This document shows positions 1 through 10,712 of a stretch of 64,000 bases of DNA, one piece after another. The position numbers and the translations under genes are program-made. The DNA is from Sphaerodactylus townsendi (taxonomy: Eukaryota), in contig NC_059439.1 in the NCBI RefSeq assembly GCF_021028975.2, positions 23,312,001 through 23,376,000 on the forward strand. The letters are read 5' to 3'. The notes beneath the pieces were generated by a model. That model was not told the DNA's origin and did no database searches. It was given only the letters and a program-made list of their open reading frames with translations. Numbering within the stretch: position 1 is the stretch's first letter; each line of letters opens with the position of its first letter.

Positions 1-563
1 TGCTTCTGAATGAACAGACTATTAGACAGAGTTCTTCCTGACCTGCCTATAATACTTCTAGACCCCATCTGAAGAATAGGCAGAAAAACCAATCATTTTT
101 ACACTACTTACTTCCTCTCTTATATTCCCCTCAGAGTTCCAGGAACCTGGTTTGTCATTTCCATCTTCTCCAATACAGGGAGATTGGTGGCTAACAGGAA
201 AAAAAAGAGAATTACTTAGTGTGGTCTGTGGTAGACCCCTAATTTTATGGAACAATGGCTCTTTGTGAACGTATGATAAGCATAATATTTAACTATTGAA
301 TCTTGCTTGTGTGGATATGTTTAATTATTTAGAAGTGCCTTCCTCCTGAACAAGTGTTTAACTTTAAATAAGCATGGTTGAAAAAATATTTAGTGAACAC
401 CACCGCTGATTAATTATCTTTGGTGTGTCAGTCAGGACTACTGTGGGTTGAATCCAGACAGCCTAATTCCCTTGCTTATTATACCTACTATCCCACATAG
501 CTACTGTCTGTACAGGATCCATGAGCTCAAGAGAAGTCCATTTGGTGATCAAAAGGGATCTAT

Positions 564-844
564 GGGCCTTTCCCCACTTACCTTAAGCCCCGCGCTACTC
601 TCCTCAAGTAGCGCAGGGTCCCCCAGCACTCCCCACGACAGGGGCGGCGACAGCGCAGCCGCCCCGATGCTGCCACTGTCGCGCCCCCTCAGCACGCGGC
701 ATCCCTAGTGCTCTTGTAAATGGCCCCTTTTGATGACCCTGCACAGAGCACGGGGTTGTGGGGACGCCCGGGTGCACGCCAGGGATGCCGCACGCTGAGA
801 GCAGTGCGCAGCATAGGGGGATCGTGGTGAGTGGGTAAACGCCC
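564..844. mobile_element. GC-rich non-autonomous DNA transposon (PIF/Harbinger-like MITE)
   Basis: Imperfect TIRs GGGCCTTTCCCCACTTACC / GGTGAGTGGGTAAACGCCC; 3-bp TSD TAT on both sides. Confidence 0.7.
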
Positions 845-996
845 TATATTGCCCTTTTCATGAGGAGAATAGCCAGTTGCCTCCTAACCTTTGTCTTTTA
901 TTTTTAGTCTCCCACAGATCAACTTCCTAGGTATAAATGACAATATCTACTTTGTTATATATGGATCACATTGATTCATTTGATGGATGTCGCTTT

Positions 997-1932
997 TTAT
1001 GGAACAATTTTCTTAATCATCGTTCTGAAAGCCTCTTTGACTTCTTTGTTTCTCAGGCTGTATATGAATGGGTTGGCCAGAGGAGGCAAAACTACATACA
1101 GGAGAGAGAGAAACTTCTGCATACTTCTCTTTCCTTCAGTTTTTGGCAGCATAAATACCACCATTAGAGACCCATAGAAAATGCCCACCACTAACAAGTG
1201 AGATGAGCAGGTCAAAAAGGCTTTCTGTCTCCCACACGCAGAAGGAATTTTAAACACAGCCGCTAAAATATACACATAGGATGTCAAGGTGAGAAGAAAA
1301 GGACAAAGTGTAAAAAGGCCAGCCACAATAAAGCCCATGATTTCTATTAAGTTGGTGTCACTACAAGAAAGTTTTAGGAGGGGGTAATAGTCACAAAAAT
1401 AATGATCCATTTCATTGGGGCCGCAAAAGGGTTTCTGCAACAGCAAAAGGAGCAATATCAAAACAGCTAAAAATCCATTGATCCAGGATGCAGTTGCTAA
1501 CTGGACGCAAGTCTGGCCCTTCATGACAGTTTCATAATGCAATGGTTTGCAGACGGCGAGATACCTGTCATAAGACATCACACAAAGCAAGCAACATTCT
1601 GCGGCTATCAAAGAATCACAGAGATACCACTGAGTGAGGCAGCCGCAGAATGAAATCATTTTGTTCTCAGTCAGGAGAGCTGAAAGCATCCTTGGAAATA
1701 TTGTGGTGCTATAACAGGCATCCATGAAGGAGAGATTACCCAAGAAGAAGTACATGGGAGTATGCAGGTGTTGATCCAGAAAAACTAGTACAAATATGAG
1801 AAGGTTTCCCATTATAGTCACAATGTAAATCACTAGTAATATCAGGAAAAGGGGCATCTGCATGTTATAAAGTTCTCCAAATCCCAGAAGGAGGAATTCT
1901 GTTATCCTTGTCTCATTTCCTGACATCATCAT
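997..1932 (-). CDS. Olfactory receptor, intact, 311 aa (family 6/11-like)
   Basis: Motifs LHTPMYFFLGNLS, MSYDRYLAVCKPLHY, HYFCD, KAFLTCSSHL, NPFIYSLRNKEV; N-glycosylation site NET. The ORF-track start at 1971 is TTG; first ATG is 1932, just after a pyrimidine-rich acceptor (ttcctttttcaacag, exon starts 1949). Confidence 0.95.
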   Translation of the reverse strand: MMMSGNETRITEFLLLGFGELYNMQMPLFLILLVIYIVTIMGNLLIFVLVFLDQHLHTPMYFFLGNLSFMDACYSTTIFPRMLSALLTENKMISFCGCLTQWYLCDSLIAAECCLLCVMSYDRYLAVCKPLHYETVMKGQTCVQLATASWINGFLAVLILLLLLLQKPFCGPNEMDHYFCDYYPLLKLSCSDTNLIEIMGFIVAGLFTLCPFLLTLTSYVYILAAVFKIPSACGRQKAFLTCSSHLLVVGIFYGSLMVVFMLPKTEGKRSMQKFLSLLYVVLPPLANPFIYSLRNKEVKEAFRTMIKKIVP

Positions 1933-2134
1933 ATGGAAAGAATCAAGTCCTGTTGAAAAAGGAACATGCAATTATTTGATGAACGAAGAATGAAGGTTGC
2001 GTCCAATTCACTCCATCTGCAAAGGGAGATGTGGCTGGAGGAAGGAGTCCTGTTCCAGCAGAAGTAGTCTTAAACTAATGGAGGAAGCATCATCCATTGG
2101 AACATGTGTCCCCACTTAATGGAAGAAAGTTATT

Positions 2135-2275
2135 GGCTCCTTCCGCACACGCAGAATAATGCACTTTCAAACTGCTTTCAATGCTCTTTGAAGCTGTGCA
2201 GAATAGCAAAATCCACTTGCAAACAGTTGTGAAAGTGGTTTGAAAACGCATTATTCTGCGTGTGTGGAAGGGGCC
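2135..2275. mobile_element. Palindromic ~140-bp MITE (PIF/Harbinger-like, family A)
   Basis: TIR GGCTCCTTCCGCACACGCAGAATAATGC / GCATTATTCTGCGTGTGTGGAAGGGGCC; TSD ATT. Confidence 0.85.
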
Positions 2276-2888
2276 ATTGTCCCTATCATGATGGAATGAT
2301 TAACACTGCTCATCTCCTAGAACTGTGTATGTGTTCTGCTGCTTCGATTATTGCTTGCTTGTACATTTATTATTTTTCCTCTAATAAAATTGTTTAACTT
2401 TATCTCACTCTCCTGTGCATTTCTTACAAAAGCAATCTTTTGCTTACATAGGCAACAAAGATTTCGAGCTTGCCCATCCCTATCACAGCCCAAAGTCTGC
2501 TCTTGCTAATTCCCCAACTCAAAAAGGGAAAGACTTCCCACCACTTTGGGTAAGACCACCTACCTCACAAGGTGTCTTTCATTGGAAGAGGAAAGGAAAG
2601 GAGTTTGTAAGTCTCATGGAGTCTCCTTACAGAAGAGAAAGGAAGGGTATAAATCCAAACTCCTCCTCCTCTTTTTCTTGTTCTTCTTGTTGCTTTTCTT
2701 CTTAGTTGAAAATCTGACCAATTGGGAATGTTTGTAGAAGAGTCCATTTGGCAAGTGTATACATTCATCCATGCAATGGCCTTAATGTGATTACCCATCT
2801 TTCCCCCTCTACCGTAATATTGTATAGAACCCCACAGAGAGTGAACATCTTGAGCTCCACCTCTAGCATTCTCTGGCAATATGTAAAT

Positions 2889-3205
2889 TAAGAACATAAG
2901 AAGTGCCCTGCTGGATCAGACTAGTGGTCCAGCTAGTCTAGCATTCTCACACAGTGGCCAACTAGTTTTCCTGGAGAGACAACAACAGAACATAGAGGCC
3001 AAGCCTTCTCCTGATGTTGCCTCTTGGCACTGTGATTCAGAAGTTGACTTATCTATTAGACACTGATAGACCTATCTCCCATGTATCTGTCTAATCCCTC
3101 TGACAGCGAATTCCACAATTTAATCACTTGCTATGTAAATAAGTTTTTTTTTTGTCGGTGCTGAATCTGCCCATCAGCTAATTTGGATGCCCTTGAGTTC
3201 TAGTA
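2889..3205 (-). mobile_element. Degenerate CR1 LINE 3' end
   Basis: TAAGAACATAAGAA tail followed by CTGGATCAGAC...TAGTC, matching the CR1 copy at 51803. Confidence 0.65.
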
Positions 3206-3771
3206 TACCCCAGACTTTGAGGAGGGTCCTGGATATGAAACCCCCCCCCCCCGTCACTTTTAGTCCCTTTGGATATATGGTTTATTTTCCACACTTACAT
3301 GTCAAGTTTCCTAATCAAGGACTGTATTCTTGTAAAATTTAAACCTTTGCCCCTATGCTCATCATAAAGGTGTTGATGCAGACGGTATAATTATCTTACT
3401 TCATTTATATCCCATATTTCTACCCAATGGTGACCAAAGTGTCTTTTTTCTTCTCTCCTCCATTTTACCTCACAACAACACCATAGGGTAGGTTTGGCTG
3501 AGTGATATTGCTAGTCCAAGGTCACCTAGAAGCTTCTATGGTACAGTAGGGATTCAAACCTTTCCTCACAGAACCTTATCCAGCACTCTAATAGCTAATA
3601 ATAAAATTAAAAATACTATAGAGCTATGAGAAAGACTAATTACTGCACAGAGCACCATGCTACAAAAGGGGAAACTGAGGTTTAAATTCAAATTCAATCA
3701 TGAAACTGATTTAATGGGCTTGGGCTGTTCACCCCTTCTTACTCTTACAGCCATCTTAGAAGGTTAACAAA

Positions 3772-3901
3772 GGCTCATTCCGCACACGCAAAATAATGCA
3801 CTTTCAAGCTGCTTTCACAACTGTTTTTGCCATTCCGCACAGCTTCAAAGAGCCCTGAAAGCAGCTTGAAAGTGCATTATTCTGCGTGTGCGGAATGAGC
3901 C
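3772..3901. mobile_element. 130-bp MITE, family A
   Basis: TIR GGCTCATTCCGCACACGCA; TSD AAA; exact reverse complement of 34100-34229. Confidence 0.9.
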
Positions 3902-4367
3902 AAAGAGTTTGAACAATCTATACAGGTCTGATACCTTGGAAGAACAGGATTTTTAAAAAAGTGATATGACAGAGATTATCCAGTTTGATCATGTTGGTTC
4001 AGAATTATTCCACCCTAGCCTTCAACAAATGTTCAGGCATATTACACTGAAACAGAGTTGTCCAGATTCATTCAGTTCATTACACAATTAAACAAGGACT
4101 TCACCCCAAGCTTCTATAATTTACTGATAATACACTCCTTTTCCAATTTCATAGCGGTGCAACAAAATGTCTCTTAAACGACTTTTTTATTCCTCTTGGA
4201 AGACAAAGCAACTTTTATTCCATCCATATTTCTACTAGCCGACATTTCTGTTTACTCATTTGGTCTTTTTTTTTTCACTTGCTCATATTAAATACCCAAC
4301 ATAATTAATGTTCCAAATGTTGCTACATTGATAGCTCAAGCAAGAAAGCAAAAGATTTCCAGACAAA

Positions 4368-4380
4368 GTACTTACCTCAC
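4368..4380 (-). promoter_or_regulatory. Probable splice donor of a 5' non-coding exon of the OR at 997-1932
   Basis: Minus strand reads GAG|GTAAGTAC, a consensus donor ~2.4 kb upstream of the acceptor at 1950; ORs typically have non-coding 5' exons. Confidence 0.45.
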
Positions 4381-4894
4381 AGATAACTTTTGAAGCCGGC
4401 ACCAACTCTTCATGCAGAGATTAATTTCAGCATATAATTTTCTGCCTATTTTAAATGCAGTATTAAGCAAGGCTGTCTGAGAAATGTTACCTTCTGGAAG
4501 AGATTGGTCAGTGCTGAGGAAATGTTTTGCTCCATTTTTTCCCCTCACCTCACCTTATTCAGTATTACTATAATTCTTAACATTCATGCCAAAAAGTGCA
4601 TCAGTTTTGATGTTGCATGTAGTATATTTTGAAGAACATGTAGTGTGAAGATGTATCTGTCTCTTCTGACATTGTAAAAGAAATCAAGAAATCCTCTAAC
4701 GTTTCCTCTATTATGTGAATGTTTCAGGACTCTAGTTTTCTTTTTAAACTCCAGGCAGATATGGCTGCACAGCCACTAGGGAAATAATATCAATCAACAA
4801 CAAAGTATAATATATTGAAATTGACTGGTCTCCTAGCTGGCTGGCTGTCAAATAGTCATTTCTTCATGAGGGGAAAAAATGCAGACCAAACACT

Positions 4895-5253
4895 GGCCGT
4901 TTCTGCACGGCCCCCTCGCGCCCCCACGCCGGCNNNNNNNNNNNNNNNNNNNNNNNNNNNNNNNNNNNNNNNNNNNNNNNNNNNNNNNNNNNNNNNNNNN
5001 NNNNNNNNNNNNNNNNNNNNNNNNNATCGCGCTGCTGCGCGGGCGTGACGTCGCCCTGGCGCGCCTTCGCGAGTGCGCAGCCGCAACGGAGCGTAGCGAG
5101 ACGCCGCTTTCGCAGCGCTTCCGTGCGAACCGACATTTATCTGCGGGGCTGCGGACGCCCGCAGTTCCGCCTGTCTGTGCGAACGCTTTTTTTCGGAGGC
5201 GTCGCAATTTGCGACGTCATCGCGTCGCTGCTTTTGGCCGTGCAGAAACGGCC
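4895..5253. mobile_element. GC-rich Harbinger-like MITE(s) spanning N-gap 4934-5025
   Basis: TIR GGCCGTTTCTGCACGGCC / GGCCGTGCAGAAACGGCC; flanks ACT and TCA differ, so the halves may come from two copies. Confidence 0.7.
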
Positions 5254-7039
5254 TCAGTGCATCTTTTATATTGTGAATATGACCCCATATTAATTTTAAA
5301 CAGAATCTGCCCTCCCTGTAAAACTGAAGATTTAGACTCCAAATGTGTCTTCTCTAATGAAATGCATTTCAAGGATGCCCCACCCCATTCAGTATATACT
5401 GTATTACCTTGGAAAAACTCTGATCAACAACAGTCGTTCTTAGGGGGTGGGGAAGAAAAAGACATTGTAAAGTTGTGCCGTTCCCTCGATAAAGTTAATC
5501 TGCTCTCACCGTGGATATACACATGTGCTGTGAAAATATTCTTTGCTTGGCCTATGCATTTGTAAAAGCTACCCATTCTCAAAGGAGATCATACAATCTC
5601 TGGAGAAACACCAGTTTTCAAGATGTAATAGCTCCTGAAGTTTAACCATAGTACTACTATTTTATCTTATTTATCTGCCCTTGACTCTCCTTCTCATAGA
5701 CGTGCTTTGATATTGGCTAGACTGATCTCTTTCCCATTGTCCTCTCTGGAAAATTCCTCCATGTTCCTTACCCTAAAGGACTCTGCTCCTTTGGATGGGA
5801 AATGCCTGAGTCTATTTCCCACCTACTTTTTGATTGGCAGCTTTATGATGACCTGTGAGAGAAATGAATTACCCCCAACAATACAAGCCAAAACATCTTT
5901 AAACAAAAAGAAGCAACTTTCCTTTCTTCTGTCAGACAAAGACTCAGTACTTACGGACCCTATTGCTAAATTTCTCTTATTGATACCAAAAATGAAGGGC
6001 TGTTAAGACTTGGAATTGGCTGAACAGTTAATTTATTGATTTCATCCCCCCCCCTTTTTAACCTTGTAGTTTTAATGTATATCAATTTGAACCTGTTTTT
6101 TGTATGACAATAAAGAGCAGCCGTGACTTACCGCAGCGGCCATTGCTGGTGGGAAAGGGACAGCCTCCTTAAGCTGCCTCCTCCCCACAGCCTCGCGAGC
6201 TCCTCCGGGTTCGCGGGGCTTCGGCTTGCTGGCAGCGCGGGCCTGGCAATCCTCAGGGCGCCAAGCAGTGACGCTGGGCACCCTGACGTCACCTGGGGAG
6301 GCGGGGCTGGGCAACCTATTTAGGCCAGAGCCCGGCCTCCCCACCTCCCCATTTGCCGGTGTTTGTTGTATTTTCAATTTCTCTCAAAAGGTGGGAGGAT
6401 ATCAGCTACTTCCCTCAGGCAGCAAAAATATTTGTATTTGAGAAAAATTTCCTGCTGTGTTTCTTTTTCTCCTCCAAGGTTCAAAATGCATCATACATTT
6501 TGGTCATTATTGATTTGATTTCCTCCCCCCACCATGCAACCCAACTTTATGATTTGTGTTAAATTTGAAATATCCTTTGTCTCGGCCACAGAAACTATAG
6601 CACTATGTGATATGGGACTGTTTGGTACAGAATAAGATGCAGCAGCTTTTACACTGGTGAAAGAAAAGTAGAAAAGGATCCTTTGGCCACTCCCCCTGCC
6701 CCCAAAAAGATCCCTTTTTAAACATAATTTCCCAATGTAGGCAACAAAGTATAGACCTTACATTCTCTCAATCCCCAAATCTTCCTAAATATTTACATTT
6801 AAGCATTTAAAACATTTCTACCTTCTACTTATAAAGCTATACTTATACCAAACATAAGTCATTTAATGTATATCTTTCTCAGAATGCTATCTCTACTGCT
6901 ATATCAATGCCACTCATAACCCCAATGGTCTGCCCCATGGCCATCCCACACCCTAAATGAATGGAATTAGAAAAGTGAGTGCAGACAGTAGGAAAAGATA
7001 GTGCAGACAGACGTTCTGTGGGTGGGTTGGGGGGAGAGG

Positions 7040-7917
7040 CTGGTTGACTTCTGCCTGCGTACGCTAGACAGTGAGGTGTTGCATTTGGCCTCATCAATCA
7101 AAAGCCTGGGGGTAACGTTGGACTCGTTCTTGTTGCTGGAGGCCCAGATTGCCAAGACCACCAAGGATGCTTTTTACCATCTTAATCAGGCACTGCAACT
7201 GGCTCTGTACCTCTCCAGTTCTGACCCAGCCACAGTAGTCCATGCAACGGTCACCTCCAGACTGGACTATTGTAACTCACTATACATTGACCTTCCTGTG
7301 ACCATGATAAGGAAATTAAAGGTTATTCAACATGCAGCAGCCAGGCTCCTTTTGGAAACCCGATTACTCTGGTCCTGTGCCAACTTCATTGGCTGCTGAT
7401 CGAGTACCAGACCATGTTTAAAGTGTTAGAGTTGATATTTAAAGCTGTGAGCAGTCTTGGACCTGAATACTTACAGAACCGCCTCTCCCCATACTGCCCA
7501 ACCAGGTCCCTCCAACATTGCAGGGAAATCCCAGGCCCAAGGGAGGTCTGGCTGGCTTCCACAAGGGTCAGGGCTTTTTCAGCCCTGGCTCCTACCTGAC
7601 GGAATAAGCTCCCCAGTGAGATCAGGGCCCTGCAGGACCTGAATGAGTTCCACAGGACCTGTAAAATGGAGCTTTTCCACCAGGCAGATCCATCTAGCCA
7701 GCCAGCTTGACCGTTATCATCCATGACCTTATCACTGACCTCCCATGGGTATATTTGTGGGGTAGGTTTTTTAAGCACCATCTTTCATTTGTTTTAATGC
7801 TTGATGGATATTTCATTGTTGTTTCAATTTGAAATTTTTATTGCTGTTTGCTGCCCTGAGCCCTGTTGGGAAGGGAGGGGTAGTATAAATATAAAATAAA
7901 AATAAATAAAATAAATA
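7040..7917 (+). mobile_element. L2 LINE 3' fragment (RT C-terminus and tail)
   Basis: Translates to SLGVTLDS...HATVTSRLDYCNSLY...FKVLELIFKA; ends in (TAAA)n-like tail. Confidence 0.85.
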
Positions 7918-8083
7918 TTTTTTTTCCTCAGAATGTTATCTCTACTGCTATACCAATGTCACTCAGAACTCCAGTGGTCTACCCAATGGCTACCATACAC
8001 CTTACATGCATGGAACTGGAAAGGTGAGTGTGGACGGTAGTACTGCAAAAGGGGAAGAACTGGAATCCTTCTCCCCTCTTTAT

Positions 8084-8591
8084 GGGCGATTCCGCACACG
8101 AGTAACATAGGTTCGACCCAGTTCCCTGAGAAGGGTACTAAACAAGGTCGAAGCCATTGTTGTTCCCCACTGCAACCAGCTTGATCCCAGCTCAGAGGGA
8201 GGAATCATCCTGTGCCTCTTTGTGACTCTGTTCCAATTGGCTACTGTTCTATGGCCATGTTCCGTCTATCCCCACACATGTTATTAAAAAACTGCCACAG
8301 AAATGGAGGGACGAAGGTGGCGTTTTTTGATTGGCCAGCTGTACGCATGCCCGAAACACTCAGCTGTGATTGGCTGAATGGGGGACTCCTGGCACCAGAG
8401 ATTCTGCACTTTACTGGAATCGAGCTGAGTTCGAGCGTGGTTCCCTGAAAAAGTAGTAGTTCCCAACTGGAGTCGGAAATTTGACCGTTACATGGGGAAA
8501 AGCCGGTACAAAACCACATCAATCCCAGTGGTTGTGCGGAGCACTTAGGTCGAACGCAGCTCGAATTTAGGTCGATAACACGGAATTGACC
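8084..8591. mobile_element. ~510-bp MITE present only in duplication copy A
   Basis: TIR-like GGGCGATTCCGC / CGGAATTGACC, TSD TAT; empty site at ~14290 in copy B. Confidence 0.75.
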
Positions 8592-9067
8592 TATGTTTCA
8601 GAAGTTCCCACTTATACTTTCTAGAGGACACATGTACATTTGATTAACAATGACATTACATCCTGGAATTCATATGATGTGAGTTCCTTTCTGTTCACAG
8701 AAAGACAACGCAAGCAAGTTCTGATCACATGGATTAAATTAAATACATGTGTGTGTGTTTTAGTCCAATGGAGATATGCAGGACCCATGAATAGAACTTT
8801 GCAAGCAACAGAGAAGCTAACATTAAAATGCTACACTGCATGATTTGGTTAGAAGTGTATTAACCCAGTGTTGAGCACAATATATATACATACGCATAGA
8901 GCATGTGTATCACAGTGGCTGCAGTCCTGATCACATTTACAACCATTAATGATAGAGTATCCTATTAACTTCAGTTGGATTTAGCAGCCAAACTGTGGAG
9001 TCCATCAAATTTTAATAAGATAGCCACAAAACATTTAAGAACTACTTAAATCATTTGAACAGCAATT

Positions 9068-10000
9068 TCAATAGGAAAATAGTTTCTTTCTGAATTGTCT
9101 GATTACAGCCTCTTTCACTTCCACGTTCCTTAGGCTGTAGATGATGGGATTCAACATTGGGATGACAACTGTGTAAAAAACTGACACTATTTTTCCCTGA
9201 TTTAGAGAGGCAATGGCTCCAGGTTGAGCATACATAAAAAAGACTGTCCCAAAGAACAAGCTTACTGCCATCAGATGGGAAGTACAGGTTGAGAAAGCTT
9301 TGAGTCTACCACTACCTGAAGGTATGTGTAAGATGGTGGCAACAATGTAAGCATAAGATACAAGGACAATTATCCCTGTGGTTACAATGATTAACCCACA
9401 CACCACTAGCAGCACAATTTCATTCACAAAAGTAGGTGAACAGGAGGCCTTCATGACAGCAGGGACATCACAAAAGAAGTGGTTTATTTCAGCAGGTGCA
9501 CAAAAAGACAGAGAGAACGTAAAGCCAGTCTGGGTGCAGCAATTGACAAAACCAAAGAAATACGATACAGCTACTAGGAGATGACGTGTCTTCTTCGACA
9601 TAACAACATGATAAAGCAGCGGGTTGCAGACAGCAATGAACCGATCGTATGCCATCACAGCCAAAAAGAAAGCCTCAGTAGTTCCAAAAAGAGAGAAAAA
9701 GAACATCTGGGTTGCACACCCGTTGTAGGAAATGATTTTATTCCCAGTCGCAAAGCTCAGCATAGCCTTGGGAGTGATGACCGAGGAATAGCAAATATCC
9801 AAGAAAGATAAGTTCTTCAGGAAGAAATACATAGGGGTGTGAAGTTTGGGGTCTGCACTGATTACAAGAATCATGGCTGTGTTACCCATCAGAGTAATAA
9901 TGTACATTAGCAAGAAGAGAACAAACAAAATTGATTGCATCTCTGGCTTCCCCTTAAACCCTACCAAGATGAATTCAGTGACCACAGTGTGGTTTTCCAT
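9068..10000 (-). CDS. Olfactory receptor, intact, 310 aa (family 5-like)
   Basis: MENHT start, [56 protein letters not shown]. Confidence 0.95.
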   Translation of the reverse strand: MENHTVVTEFILVGFKGKPEMQSILFVLFLLMYIITLMGNTAMILVISADPKLHTPMYFFLKNLSFLDICYSSVITPKAMLSFATGNKIISYNGCATQMFFFSLFGTTEAFFLAVMAYDRFIAVCNPLLYHVVMSKKTRHLLVAVSYFFGFVNCCTQTGFTFSLSFCAPAEINHFFCDVPAVMKASCSPTFVNEIVLLVVCGLIIVTTGIIVLVSYAYIVATILHIPSGSGRLKAFSTCTSHLMAVSLFFGTVFFMYAQPGAIASLNQGKIVSVFYTVVIPMLNPIIYSLRNVEVKEAVIRQFRKKLFSY

Positions 10001-10434
10001 TACTCTAAGCAAAGGGGGTGGGGAGAATTATACTTTTACAATTAACTTGTTAGCAGACATATTTCACGAGAGCTTGAATCGGCCTGATAGCCAGTCTGAT
10101 ATCATCTTGGTTTAGAAGTACAGGGGGTAGTGAAATTCTGTTGTCAGAAATATGATGGAGCTGAAAAAGTGAAAAAAGGCAATGTTGAAATGTAATTAAT
10201 TGAAATTATAATCATAGCTAAGATGACTGGCGATTTTAGCAGATCAAAAATGTCCAAATTTGAAATAAAAATTTAGTAATATGTCCACCCTCATTAACTA
10301 AAGACATTCAGAAAGCTATCTTTTTTTTTTGCAAAAAAGAGATCTAATTTACTGCTATTTTCTCTTGGGCAGTTGGTCGAAGTTTGATGATTACCATTCA
10401 GTGACACTTTCCCTATGTGAATTTAGAACACCAG

Positions 10435-10712
10435 CAGAAGAGTTTGGATTAATGCCTTGCATTTCTCTTCTGTAAGGAGACTCAAGGCAGCTTACAAACT
10501 CTTTCCCCTTTCTCTCCTCACAACAACACTTTGTAAGAAAGGTGGGGCTGACTGAGTTGTGAACAAACTGTGACTAGCTGAAGATAACCCAGCAGGAATT
10601 TAGAAGTTGGAAAACCAATCTGGTTCCCCAGATAAGAGTCAACCACTCCTGTGGAAGAATGGGGAATCCAGATTAGAGTCCACCTGCTCTTAATTACTAC
10701 ACCATGCTGGCT
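10435..10712 (-). mobile_element. tRNA-derived squamate SINE (Squam3-like), degenerate
   Basis: Matches copies at 24388 and 42931 (GAAGAGTTTGGATT...GGAGACTCAA...GGTGGGGCTGA...). Confidence 0.65.

Larger units (their letters stand above)
5254..10200. repeat. Segmental tandem duplication, copy A (paralogous to ~11537-15960)
   Basis: Collinear high similarity across upstream block, L2 fragment, 3' flank and OR, e.g. 5581-6110 vs 11860-12375 and 8595-10200 vs 14296-15960. Confidence 0.9.

Noticed and set aside
4815-5565. Long ORFs crossing N-runs (also 20526-21008, 44968-45382, 62560-62977)
   Set aside because: Artefacts of GC-rich MITE sequence plus Ns suppressing stops
9378-9811. Antisense ORFs over OR and V2R coding regions
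   Set aside because: Expected shadow frames of hydrophobic coding sequence; shared between paralogs only through duplication
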